A stretch of 64,000 nt of DNA from Octopus vulgaris (GCA_951406725.2 OX597816.1:91946001-92010000); one strand, 5' to 3'; shown: positions 13,717 to 27,040, numbered from the stretch's first letter. The notes: generated from the letters alone by a model not told the origin. Numbers and translations are program-made.

Positions 13717-14456
13717 AAGGTATCTCAGGAATTATGTTCTTGTGCATGGTATCTTTGGCAAATATGCTTTACTGTCCCCTTACAGTAAACCCATACCTTG
13801 AGTAAAATTGCATAGAAGCGGAAACTGTACAGAAGCCTATCGTATGAGCATTCAATGTTCAAGCACTCTCACACTCTGTTACGATAATTCTGCTTGAGTA
13901 TTACATTTAGAGGACAAGTGTGTGTGTGTGGGGGGATACTCAGCCATTCTGCATGGTGGTTAAACAGTTAAATTGTTGAGTTGACCGAACATTAGCACAT
14001 TTATCCGCCGTTCTCAGACAAGAGATCCATCATCATGTTCACACACACACGCACACACAGACGCATGCACACACACACACACGCACACGCACACACGCAC
14101 ACACACACATACACACACACTTGCAGACACATATATAATATAGAATAGTTATTTTATAGAAGCGACGAGAATATAAAAAGTTTAGTCTACTGACTTAATG
14201 CATTAATATCAAAGAGATAGGAAATATTCATTTCTCTGTGTCTATACGTTAATGAAAAAACGTCTAATACAATGTAATATAAAGTCAAATCAAAGTATAG
14301 AGATATGCGTAATATTTTTTCCAGCAAGACGAAATATCTTTTCATATACAGAATTAAGGAAAGTGTTATTGTATTTTCGCGAATGTATTTTAATAAAAAA
14401 GTATCATAACGATATATTAGACATGACATTTTTCATTGTTTAACACCATTATACAT

Positions 14457-14479
14457 TTAATGAATCTCTTTGAATGGAC
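14457..14479 (-). CDS. Candidate terminal coding exon (C)PFKEIH*
   Basis: A long poly-T tract then ...aaactttaccAG at 14481-14480; T|GT CCA TTC AAA GAG ATT CAT TAA; followed by repeat-free AT-rich UTR-like sequence with ATTAAA at about 14394-14389. No homology support. Confidence 0.35.
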
Positions 14480-14817
14480 CTGGTAAAGTTTGTTATATGA
14501 AAAAAAAAAAAAAAAAATGAAAAGAATCGCTGAATAGAAATATGTATTTCTGAAAAATTTATGTTTACGTTATTTTGGTAACCAGAGAGTTTCATTTTCA
14601 CATGGTGAATCCTGCGGCATCTTAAACAGAGAATTTGCACTGAGAGAGTTCTCTGAGTATGTAAATGAGAAATAATTATTTAAATGAAATTTCAGAAATG
14701 GATAACAAAACTGATGAGACAAATTCTAACTTGTCAGATGTAATCATGTTAGTAAAATTGATATTAACGGAGCATGTTTATATCTATCGACACTAGAAGA
14801 AAGGAATTTCTACTCAC

Positions 14818-14999
14818 AAGTTGCTGCCACTAGTCGAGGTAGATATTCTTTCCAGAAGGCACATTCCTTGGCTCTCAAGCCTTTACCAGTCAATAAGTTA
14901 TGCACGTTATCAGCATTCAAATATAGGTACTCTTTTTGTGCAGCTGTGTGAACTGGCCATTCTTGTAAATTTTGTTCACCCCAATTTTTGTTAGGGTCC
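14818..14999 (-). CDS. ache: Acetylcholinesterase-like gene, next coding exon (DPNKNW...ECAFWKEYLPRLVAAT)
   Basis: Acceptor tttctttattccag ends at 15000; the phase-2 join GG|G gives AKTG-DPN in frame with the large exon; encodes WP..T...YL.LN and LRA.ECAFW, which supplies the Cys of the third disulfide; donor T|GTGAGT at 14817. Confidence 0.92.
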
Positions 15000-15808
15000 C
15001 TGGAATAAAGAAACATTAATAATTATATTAAATAAAATAGAATAAATATATACATAGATAAATCAATAAATAAAAAAAAATCTATCTTCAGAAGGTTTCA
15101 AAGTTGTACAGTCTTTCAGTGCGTTCACTCTGAGGACCAAGTGGTTAGGGCCGTGTGTGACACCTCGCAAATGTGTGTCAACGTAGGTGTAGGAAAACCT
15201 CTCTACGCGAACATATGGATTAATTCGAGACTGTAGCGTTGGTATTACAAAGTCTAGTCGCTGCTGTCGTGGTTCATCTGCAGTTGATTACAGCATTGAC
15301 TTTTCGACAGTCTGCCTAGTTAGGAAGTTTGGGCGCGATCACATGAATGTTACGCTGTTACTTCTGTGTCTTGTGATTTGAAACTCTTGCATAAATGCAG
15401 TTAAAAACTTAGTGGAGCTGTTTTTGTGCTGTTTATCTTTGGATTCATGTAGCGTTTGTATGGCGGCAGTCAAGGGATTGTTGATGCATGACACCCCCAT
15501 TCAGTCTTGCATTAATGGGATCGAACAGGAGTGGGCTTTCCTCACACTGGCTGCTGCTCACAATTGACAATGCAGCAGATGCTTCCTCGGATATGAACTT
15601 AGAGTATCCCGGTTTAAAGCTAAATCCTCATTCGATTAACGTTGCCATCATTGGTAATGTTGAGCAGATCTAACTATAATACATCCCAGAACTTTATCAA
15701 AAACCCCGCTGACACCTCTTACAGTCAATCCTGGCTGGCATAATATTTGAGAGGCATTAACAGGCATACATACATACATACATACATACATACATACATA
15801 CATAGATA

Positions 15809-17186
15809 AAGAGGGCGATGGGTAAATTGTCTCTATTTTATACTTTTATAATCTTGCACGTGCACATCTAAACAGTATAGTTGGGTCAGTTGGGCACCGT
15901 CTAGGAGAAAAACAGCCCCATGACGCAATACACTCTGCCAGAAATTTGGAAACGACATGCTGTACTGCTTGGCATTCGTGCTGGAAGCTCCAATACGAAC
16001 ATGTACCAAGAGAGTGGTGGCTGGTAGATAAAATTAGTGGGGGTGCTGCTTCACAAAACTTTTAGCCGTTGTTTTAATAGTGTGTAAAAGGAAACAAACA
16101 TATAAAAAGAAAGTTTGTACATAAACTTGATCGGTTCACGTTTTAGCACAAACACATGCGGGGTCAAAAAGAAACACTACCTTTCACTCGGCACTATCGT
16201 TCACGCAGTGCTGTCTCTCCCTTATGTGAAGCTTCCTATCTCAGACATGTGAGCATGCGCACAACGGTTAAACACCGCGTCGTTGGAACTGTGAAGCGCA
16301 CAGTTCTATACAAGGACTTTTGTATTTTCTTCATAAACTAGAGGATGGCTACTAACATTAAGCTTAAGGATTATATAATGTACAAGTATAAAGAAAGAAT
16401 TAAAGAAAAAAGGACTCATTATATTGAATGTTATCGATAATATCGAGTGGAAGTGGGGGGTGCTGCAGTTCCGCAGTTCTTATACACGAACCGCCGCTGA
16501 CCGAAAATAATAAAAACCAAACGTCTAGTCAACATCATGGTATTTGGAGTCATCAGTAGTGATGGCGATGTTATGTTTCCATTCATCTTCCCATACGGTC
16601 TCAGACTCAACAAGAAGGCCTACATCAAGTGTGTGGAGGAGGTAGTGCTGCCCTGGGTGAAGAGGGCTGCTGTTGGAAGATCCTATATCTGGAAACAGGA
16701 CTCTGTACATTTCCTATGTCTGGAAACAGGACTCTGCACATTTCCTATGTCTGGAAACAGGACTCTGCAACAGGACACACAGACAGGAGAACCCAGTCAT
16801 TGCTGTCAGACAATTTCTGCGACCGCATCACCCCTAACATCTGGCCACCTAACTCCCCAGAGTGCAACCCCCTTGATCATTATATGTGGGACGTAGTTGA
16901 GCGAGAAACCAACAAAACTCTTTATAACACCAAAGATGAATTGACGGCAAGGATTACGGCAGCATTCACCAACTTAAATAAGGAGAATATCCAGAAGAGT
17001 TGCAGGAGATTCCGAAGTCGTCTAGAGACATGGGTTGAAGCCAATGGCGATTTTATTGAATAAATTTACTCTTTAGTATTTCAAGATACTTTTATGTACT
17101 TTTGCTAAATATAACTGTTAAAATGAGATGTGAGAGTCATTTTCATTTTTGCATAATTAAAACGATAGTCTATTCATCGCACACCG
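15809..17186 (+). mobile_element. Internally deleted Tc1/mariner-superfamily DD37D (maT) element
   Basis: TA flanks and imperfect TIRs; transposase remnant 16500-17063 with MVFGVISSDG, WKQDS and WPPNSPECNPLD; 37 residues separate the second and third Asp. Confidence 0.88.
16012..16499. mobile_element. hAT-like MITE nested in the maT element
   Basis: Ends (g)agtggtggct... and ...aaccgccgctg (CAGYGGCGG-type TIR); absent from the second maT copy; degenerate ~8-bp duplication accaagag/accgaaaa. Confidence 0.6.
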
Positions 17187-17187
17187 T

Positions 17188-17189
<2 letters not shown>

Positions 17190-17218
<29 letters not shown>

Positions 17219-17228
17219 CATGCGCGTG

Positions 17229-17263
<35 letters not shown>

Positions 17264-17540
17264 CCGTATGTATGTATGTATGTATGTATGTATGTATGTA
17301 CGTACGTACGTACGTATGTATGTATGTATGTATGTATGTATGTATGTATGTATGTATGTATGTATGTATGTACGTACGTACGTACGTATGTATGTATGTA
17401 TGTATGTATGTATGTATGTATGTATGTATGTATGTATGTATGTATGTATGTACGTACGTACGTACGTACGTACGTATGTATGTATGTATGTATGTATGTA
17501 TGTATGTATGTATGTATGTATGTATGTATCTATCTATCTA
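17190..17540. repeat. (TG)n/(TATG)n/(TACG)n microsatellite
   Basis: Direct inspection. Confidence 0.95.
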
Positions 17541-17875
17541 ATTTTGCATCCAAATGTGAAAAGAATCTTCTGGAAGCTTTTAGTAAGCCCATGTAAACCC
17601 TGACGTTCGAGTCCTGTTAGAGACATTCTCATTTGCGATCGGAGCTTATGTGCCATTTGACCCACGTTTATACGAATGCTACAACTCTCCAAACGAGACT
17701 CCATCGAATGACACAGTTTCGTGGATCGGACGGTAACATTGTTTTATAATTATAAAGCGCGGCAAGCGTTTGGCCGGCGGTAACCAACCAAATTGAATCG
17801 CTGTGTTTTGGTTGTATACGAAAGAAAAAAAATAAGCATTCAATATACATGTAACACATACATACACCACACACA

Positions 17876-17937
<62 letters not shown>

Positions 17938-18334
17938 AGATTTTCCTACAAGTGAGATTTGTTATAAATGGGAAATTAGATACAGTTGCTAGTAGTCAAG
18001 CGATGAACGTTAGTAAAATAAATATTTAAAAAAAAGTCTTATGTAGTCTGAGATTTGTATCACATTTACAACGATATAAAGATTTGTGTAGATAACCTTT
18101 TCAGCCTGTGTTTCCTATGTTACGCTTATGTAATGATTGTAAGAATTTGATTGTAATCATATCTAGCAAACTCTGACCAATTTTTTATAGAGCTTAATTC
18201 CATTTCTCGGTGTGAAAAGGTTGAGAAAAATATTTCCTCTTAGATAGGACGCCAGTGCACCTCAGCCAATTTTCTCAGAGGCTCTGACACGTATTCTCGC
18301 GAGTTTAGTGGAATATTAGTGCACTACATATCAT

Positions 18335-18551
18335 TTAATTGTTTCAGTCATTAAATTGCGGTCATGCTGGGGCACCGCGCTGGAGGCTTTAGACAAACAA
18401 ATCAACCCCAGAACTTATAATTTTTTAAAACATGGAACTTATTTTATCGGTTACTTTTTGCCGATGCGTTAAGTTAGAGGGTTACGTAAACAAACCAACA
18501 CCGGTTATTACGTGGTGGTGAGGGACAAACAAATAAAGATACACACATACG

Positions 18552-18622
<71 letters not shown>

Positions 18623-18779
18623 CACGCTCTTTTCAGTTTCCGCTTGCCGAAGCCTCACAAGGCTTTGGTCGGCCTGGGGCTATAGTAGAAGATACTTGCC
18701 GAAGATATCACGTTGTGGGCTGAACCCAGAACCATGTGGCTGAGAAGCAAATTTCTTACTACATAATCACGACTACGCC
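18335..18779 (-). mobile_element. Family B SINE with internal (CA)n
   Basis: Matches the copies at 29891-30320 and 32685-33142. Confidence 0.85.
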
Positions 18780-19439
18780 AATATATTTTTTACCACACTC
18801 CTACACTATTATACAAAACATTATACAAAATTTGACGCCCTGCCTATCGTATATTTTACTCCTCACTAACACTTCTATTCACTAGGCTTTCAGTTCAGAA
18901 ACAGTCTGATGATTTCAGTATTTTACACTTACAAAGAAATATCTCGAGCTCTCTGTTACAGCTCCAACTTTCAATTCCTTTGATTTATCTGTGATATCGT
19001 ATTTAATTTTATTTTTAAACCTTTAGAAGTTTACTCTTATTATATTAACATCCACAGCTTCTTGTTTTATAGTGCTGTAAATCTTACATATAATGCTTTG
19101 ATGGCTGAAACGCATATACTGCGGAACTCTGATGGAGAAGTAGTTTCTTTTAATGTGACATTTTTAACGTATTTCTCGTAAAATCCCCCATGAATTTTAA
19201 AATGCTAGTGCATTCAGAAGTTAAACTGTGTTCAGAATAGATGTACGTAGGGTAGGCTTGAAGATGATAGGGGAAATAAAAATATATCTCATCAACTTTA
19301 CCGACCACCCTCCGGTGTGGGTGGGGATCAAGGGTAACCCTATTCATACCCATACCTGCATCATCAACTGCAACTCCTTCACAAATAATCCAGATTATTT
19401 GTTATGTATTTATGACACCTAAATGTATGAAGGTGTGTT

Positions 19440-19745
19440 GAATTTAGTGAATTGCTGAAGTATACAACAGAATGCTAGCAATCGATTTGGACCCTTGTTC
19501 TATGAGTCGCCAGTCCGTAAACATATCTGATTAATTTACTTCTACGTAGGCTTCATGTTTCCTAGTCAATATCTGATGAAAGAATTCGCACTCGCCCCCA
19601 TTAATCCATTCGTTACTTTTCCTGTAATCCGGTATTCCGAGTTGACAGAGACCTGCAACGTATACCGTAAGCCATTCTCTCCGACAATCTATGACTCTGT
19701 CAATTAGCCGCTTATTCAGTAATTTCATTGAATCTTACTTTGGAG
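19440..19745 (-). mobile_element. Possible LINE AP-endonuclease N-terminal remnant
   Basis: VAGLCQL.IPD...GGECEFFH loosely resembles the IAALSETR...GYTFFW region of RTE endonucleases; heavily decayed. Confidence 0.3.
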
Positions 19746-20749
19746 AAGCTGTTGACTCTGTGCCATTTGGAAATAACGGTATCCGTTTTTATGTTAGAAG
19801 TTTAAGGACAGTTACAGGTGGCCTAACTTTGATTATATGATGGCTACTGTTATTTATTGTGATTAATACAAGAGATTAACTTACATTATTGAAACGAATA
19901 GAATAAGCAAATCTAGAGAGCCAAGCTTCGATAATGATTTCAAATAACTTCTGACTCAGGTGCAGGTCATGAATGTTGAAGGGGAGAGAGAGTCGGTTAA
20001 AACGCTGACAGTATTTGACTGGTACTTTATTTTGTCGACCAGTATACTTTAGTGGTACTCCATATTTTCGACCCCTGGAGGGTGAAAGAAAAAGTTGGCC
20101 TCGGCAAGATTTGACTTTAGCAAAAACATTTTATTCGATGTTATAATGACTCAACCAATCAAATTTTCAAAGATAAACTCAAGGTCATAGATTTTTGGAG
20201 ACGGGAACAGTCGGTTATATTGACGTATCAGTGCTTGAATCAGACAAGGAAAAAATCTACTGCGACAAGATTCGAAGTTAGAATGTAAGGTCCTTTAATC
20301 AAGTAATTTACTATTTCTGCTAATCTATCACAGAGTATTTTAGTCAATCGTCTTTTCCACAACCATCGAAGCACTGTGCACACTGGATTTGTAAAACGGA
20401 AGAAGAGAATAAAAATGCAACGCGCATATCAAAATAAAACGGAAGAATAATAAAAACGCAATGCAAATGTCAAACAAGTTATGATGCTCTGCATGTAACG
20501 TCAGACACCACTATCACGAATTTTCTTGTTTTTCTCATACTAATTTACTTAGAGGATTGTGCATGATTGATAGTCTGATAAAACGACGAGCCCATGAGCT
20601 ATTATTATTTACTCCAGTTTGATGGATACAAGGTAAACTTTAAAAAAAATTTAAAAGGCATCTAGTACGACACTTTAAAGTTCTTGCTATTTATTGCAAT
20701 CCTCTTCCTCCTTATTTTCCTTATTCTCCTCCTCATCCTACGAAGACCA

Positions 20750-21025
<276 letters not shown>

Positions 21026-21692
21026 TTCAGCGGTTAAAGCGACAACAATTACTTTCTCTGTTTGCTTCACCCACTGACGAAGGACGAAATACCGAAACGT
21101 TAAATTCTATCTTCATATCAATCGAACTTATTGCACATTTCTAAAAAATTTTGTCCTGTGGAATAATTGTTGATAAAACAGAAAAACAGACAATCAGTGA
21201 GTGCTTCGGATTCTCTATTTTCACACTAACGATGTGTTAATTGATAGACAGCATGAGATATAGCGTGTTTAGTTGTTTGGAAATGTTTTCATAGTTAACC
21301 CAAGATTTCACATTCTAATTAAGAACAATAATACACAAACAAGAACGATATTCCAAGTGCAAAGGCAAGACGAAAAGCATAGATTTGATGAAGAATGGTG
21401 AGAACAAAAGAATGAGAGAGAGGGGAATATGAAAACAGCAAAGATGGCAAAATGGATGTGAAGCACTGATGTCGTTTCGGGGGAAAAAAGAAAGGAATGA
21501 TATAATGCTAATCATATCTATTTTGAGATACTTTCTCACTCAGTGCAGCTTTTTCCCCCCAAAATATCTACTTTTAACGCAGCGTTTGTTTATATTTCTG
21601 TTGGTTTTAACATACTTAATGCATGGGACATTAAAATGTAAACAAGAGATATCTATGGAGTATAGAGAAAAACAATATTGGTCAATGATAAA

Positions 21693-21923
21693 GGCGGCGA
21701 ACTGGCAGAAACGTTAGCACGCCGGGCGAAATGCGTAGCCGTATTTCGTATGTCGTTACGTTCCGGGTTCAATTTCCGCCGAGGTCGACTTTGCCTTTCA
21801 TCCTTTTGGGGTCGATAAATTAAGTACCAGTTACGCACTGGGGTCGATGTAATCAACTTAATCCCCTTGTCTGTCCTTGTTTGTCCCCTCTGTGTTTAGC
21901 CCCTTGTGGGTAGTAAAGAAATA
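21693..21923 (+). mobile_element. Young full-length family A SINE with a 19-bp TSD
   Basis: aatattggtcaatgataaa is duplicated at 21674-21692 and 21924-21942; A/B-box-like head; ctttcatcc..ggggtcgataaa..agtacc Meta-like domain. Confidence 0.93.
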
Positions 21924-22369
21924 AATATTGGTCAATGATAAATATTTATTACTATTATTTTTGGGCAATTTTTTTTCACAGTTCTGGTGTTTCTGTCATG
22001 TAGCCCTATTTCATTCTGACCCAATATACGCACATTCAAAGCAGTGACTGTGCCGTGTTGTTTATTTTCAAGTCATGTCTAACTGAGCTGGACAATGATA
22101 AAAAGTAATCTAGGTTTCTAAGAAAAAAGTTATTCAATATATTCCTTCTTTTTTACGTTTTTAAGGAGGTAGAGGGAAATTTGGCTCTTATTTTCAGCTG
22201 TTAGAACACATGTATCCCATTTTCATGAGGAAATGCAGAACTATATTATGCAAGGTGTTATTTTCCTAGTTTAGGTAGAGTTGAGGGATATGAGATTGCT
22301 ATTTCTTGTAGGTCAAGCTATTTTGTACAGGACCTCTTACGAGTTCGTAAAAATGAAGGTAATATGAGC

Positions 22370-22510
<141 letters not shown>

Positions 22511-22653
22511 CGAGAGAATACGTGGGAAAGGACAGAGTATGAAAGACAGAGTGAAAGAGGGAGAGAGAGAGAAATAAACAGAAAGGGAGAGAGAAGGCGT
22601 GGGAGAATGAGTGAGGTAGGTTAAGAGATAGGATGATAGATAGTGTGTTTGTA

Positions 22654-22692
<39 letters not shown>

Positions 22693-23530
22693 ATGCATGT
22701 GTGTGTATGTGTGTGTGTGAGAGTGAGAGAGAGAGAGAGAGAGAGAAGGAGAGGGAAAAAGAGTGAGAAACGTGAGGAATGAAGCCAATAAAATGTCAAA
22801 GGAAATGGTGGTAAGGGGAGAGGTTGAAAGGATAGCAGCATGAGATGAAACAATTAAAGAGAGCCACATATAAATAGAATGATGGAAGGATAGATAAGAG
22901 CAAAACGAAAATAAGCTAATGAACGTATATAAACGGGAAAGAAACAATGGCAAAGATGTTAACCAAGTACTGCTTACAAGCAGAACCGTTGTTTTGATAT
23001 ACAGCGTGGATTTATAACTGTTGATAAGATTTGTTCTAAAATTTATTTATTCATTTCTAAGGTTTAGTTCCATTATTCTGTGATAGAAGCGGGGCAAGTA
23101 GAAATTTCGTGCTTTATAAAAGTTTTGTTTTTTCAGAGGTTTACTTACTAGACAAGTGACTTGATTTGAGACTGTGTAACTAAAACAATTGCAAGCGATG
23201 AAGACATATATTTGTCGTTCAAAAACACACAAAGACTGTTAAATTTCATGTTTATTTGTATCGGATATTTCCATTATGTCCTCTGTTTCCTCCTATAGTT
23301 AAAGCTAGTCTCATATTTGAATATATTTCATTAAGCTAAAGATTTCGATAATGTCTCATTTCGTTCCATAGTTATTTAGTGTCGTTTAAAGCCCAACTTT
23401 CGAACATATTTCATTATGTTACAAATTTAGTTCCATAATTAAAAGTTATTTAAAGTCTAACAGTCAATATTGTTTTATCATGTTAAAAATTACGATTATA
23501 TTTCTGATTTATTTCCATATTTAAAGTTAT

Positions 23531-24426
23531 GGATCTATTCCATCTCAATCACAGATTTTTTTATTAATTTTTTTTAACTAAACAGTTTGAAACTTCGAAT
23601 ACTGGTGGGATTTCTCACGTAGAACACGGTTTACTGTGAACTTTTTTGACCAAATGTCGTATTTTCGAAGTTATTTCGTGTTAAAGTTGCCGTATTAGGG
23701 TAATTTCAACCAATCAACGACATGTATTCGGTTGAAGAAAGCTGCTGCTGTTTGCGATAGTAATCGAAGAGGAACAACTTCCGGATCATCTCTACTAAAT
23801 GTCCTCAGCTAACGTTTTTGTTGTTGACATATATGTAGTTTCAAAGTGTCTTATTTTACAACTATGAGATGTTATTGTTATAATTTTATCTTACTATAAT
23901 CAACAACAAACATACTTCATCAATATAAAAGTCTTTATTAGATAAAAAAATAAAATTATCAAAACATGAATGTAAAACAAAACAAATACTGGCTTATACA
24001 CCGGAAAATACGGCAATTGTAGTGGCAGTGATGAATTCGCTCGCTGGTTGCTAGTTGATAGCGTAGAAGGGAGGGAAAGAGTAAGGAATACACGGCGAAA
24101 ACTTAAAAAAAGAAAGGAAGAAAGGTAGCATCGTCTTCGCACAAGATACGAATAGATCAGAGTGGTGACATTTTGTAGATTTGACCTGGAAGTTGTTCCT
24201 CTTCGATTACTATCGCAAACAGTAATAGCTTTCTTCAACCGAATACACGTTGCTGATTGGTTGAAATTACTCAAATACAACAACTTTAACACGAAATAAC
24301 TTCTAAAATACGAAATTTAGTCAAAAACGTTCAGAGTAAATCATGTTTACCAGTATTCGAAGTTACAAACTGTTTAGTTAAAAAAAAAATTGATTAAAAA
24401 ATCTGTGATTGAGATGGAATAGAACC
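23531..24426. mobile_element. 896-bp fold-back MITE with ~270-bp TIRs (Merlin/MULE-like ends)
   Basis: ggatctattccatctcaatcacagatt... versus ...aatctgtgattgagatggaatagaacc; 8-bp TSD aaagttat/aaaggtat. Confidence 0.88.
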
Positions 24427-24994
24427 AAAGGTATTTAAAGCCTGACATTCGAGCATATTTCACTACGTTCATGATTTTGATTATGTCTTCAATTTCCTTC
24501 CATAGTTAAACTTATTCAAAACCTAACAGCCAGCCATGATTCATGATGTCAAAGATCTCGGTTATCTCTTCGATTTCGTTCCTTAGTTAAGTTTATCGAA
24601 AGTGTAACGCTCAAACACATGACGTAACAAGCTCAGTAACATTATATAGCTTTTTCGTTAGCAACCAGCCTCCATATTTACTAAGGATCTGATTCTGGAC
24701 CCGAAAATAATTCGAAGTTAATTTTAAGTAGTCAAGGATTAAAATAATATCTAGTGACTCATTATCGTTTTATATGTTGCATAGTCGTTTGATGTGAAGC
24801 GAGTGGTTTCTTTTTCATTTAGTTATTTATACTTTAAAAATGCAAGGAAGGCTATTATCGCGAAGGGATAAAGTACATACGTCTTTCAAATGAGTAGTCA
24901 TCGGTTGATTTTCTAATCATTGGTGATGGATTGTGCCCTGGGGCTAGCACAGAGAATTTCCTCACATGTTTATCAGGTGGTAAGGAAAGTAAGA

Positions 24995-25423
24995 AGGCGA
25001 CGACGATGAAGCAGAAGAAGGAGGAAGGAGAAGAGGAGAAGGGGAAGGGGGAGAAGAAGGAGGAGGAGGAAGAAAAGAAGAAAAAGAAGGAGAGAGAAAT
25101 GGGGGTGAATATAGAAAGGGGTGAAAAGAGAAAGGGGTGAAAAGAGAAAGGGTGAAGAAAGAGAAAGAGGGAAGTGAGAGAAAAGATGAAGAGAAGGAAG
25201 GGTTAAGAGAAGTTGAAAAGAGCGAGAGAGAAGGGGATGAAAGGAGATAGATAGATAGGTAGATAGATAGGTTGATAGGTAGGTAGAGAGAGGGAGAGAG
25301 GAAGAGAGAGAGGCTGAAGAAAGCGAAAGAGAAGATGAAGAGAGAAATGGTGAATAGACAGTGAGTGAAGGGAGAGAAAGAATAACGAGAAAGAGCGATG
25401 AAGAGAGAGAGATAAAGATAAAC

Positions 25424-25468
<45 letters not shown>

Positions 25469-25480
25469 AGGAAGATGAGA
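24995..25480. repeat. Purine-rich (GA/GAA/GATA) low-complexity tract
   Basis: Direct inspection. Confidence 0.9.
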
Positions 25481-25780
25481 AGTGAAAGAGGAGTCTCTTC
25501 ACTAATTGACCAATGATGTAAGCAGGATTTGTTAAGTACTTTGATAGTTCACAGAATCATAACAGGATTGTGTACCACTTGAATGAAATAGAATGAAGTG
25601 GAAAGTTTTTAAAAAATGTAAGAGATGAGACTGAGGCAATAAACCTTGAAATAAATGAAGAACTGTGGGTGATGGTATTCTAATCTGTAATACTAATTAA
25701 GCCAAGGATGGAACTATTACGTGGACTTTTAAACTGCTAGAAGTAGCAGTAAAATCTCTCCAAATAATCCCCTTTAGTTC

Positions 25781-27040
25781 AGGTACGTTTCGGCACCGCC
25801 ATTTTGGCGCAAAAGTTGTTTTTGGTTCTAAAAATACTTTTCTTTTGCGAAAAAATGATTGTTAGTTTAACTATCTTTAAATATTCAAACGTTGATACCA
25901 ACTCGGCTACTAAACTCAATTGAACTGTTTTCTTATGCTGAAGATGGCGCTACTGCTCCTGCGAACAAGTAATATTTGAATTGGCATTTGCTGCTGGCAA
26001 ACAGGCTCAAGTATTGTGTTTGTCTTCCATACTTTGCACATATAAGTAACTAAATAATTCTCGTTTATGCATATAATTGAAAAAGTATTAACGAAACGTG
26101 ATAAGAAAAAAATGTGCATATAATGGGGATCCTCTACATTTTCAGTACTACAGACAAAGATGAAAGTGAGTTTAAATTTTAGTAAAATTGGCGAGGTAGG
26201 TAGAGATTAAGCCTGTATAGTAAAGTTGGAGAGGTTGTAAGGGAGTTAAATAGCCATTTTCATTAAGTTTCTACTGCACAACAAGAGAATACACTTTATA
26301 AAACTAATAGAAAAGCGAAAGTCGAGGAGATAGTTACGTTCCTGACTAGTTAATGAATATTTAAGGACATGTCTCAAGTTAACCGAGTTGTTATACTTAC
26401 TTTGAGAAAATAATACATAAAAAGCGTGATCTAGTGAACAACATATCCACAATTTCAACTGAAATGCATTTTTTTGCACCAAACACAACCCATAACCAGA
26501 TGTAATCGGAAAACTTTTTAATTGTTACTGTGGACCAAGCCCTAATCTTCAGAAAAACGAGCAGCTTCAAACATTTACTGACGTCTCGTATGTGGTTTAT
26601 GGTACATTCAGTATTGTCCATGGACTCTCCTCCAGGTTCATATAATGTTGACAAAAATTAAATATGGGGTTTACCTATTTTAGGCGTGTGTAGTGCATTG
26701 CTTGTTGGGCAATAGTATCTTTTACCCAACAAGCAACATGCCACATAGATAGAATTGTTGGCGTTGTTGAAGGAAAATGAACCCAACTTGAAACTTCAAT
26801 TATCTAGCATTTCGAATAAGCAGCACATTATGCTATGATAAAATAAAAGAATGATTTTTTGTTATGCAGTTAAAAAAATACAAAACATCTAGTTAGATTA
26901 GACTTCAACTCATCAGCATATTACTGGAACAGAAACTTCGCTAAAAAAAAAACTAAAACGATTGTCTTCACATTTGTACCTTTAAGCAAGATTGAAGAAT
27001 ATCTAAATGCTCTCGCGACTAAATTGTCGCTAGAACTTCA
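25781..27040 (+). mobile_element. Decayed Mutator-like (MULE) element
   Basis: GC-rich terminus ggtacgtttcggcaccgccattttggcgc; frameshifted LIF...KHLLTSRMWFM/GTFSIV at about 26540-26620 resembles the MULE W..DGTF..P motif. The right end is uncertain. Confidence 0.5.

Noticed and set aside
14711-14742. CTGATGA followed by a GACAA/TTGTC stem (hammerhead-like)
   Set aside because: The required GAAA after stem II is absent (AGAT).
16681-16770. CRISPR-like 31-bp direct repeats
   Set aside because: Head-to-tail with no spacers, inside a eukaryotic transposase remnant; no cas genes.
19085-19120. Possible decayed hammerhead (...atggctgaaacgcata)
   Set aside because: The CUGANGA core is not recognisable.
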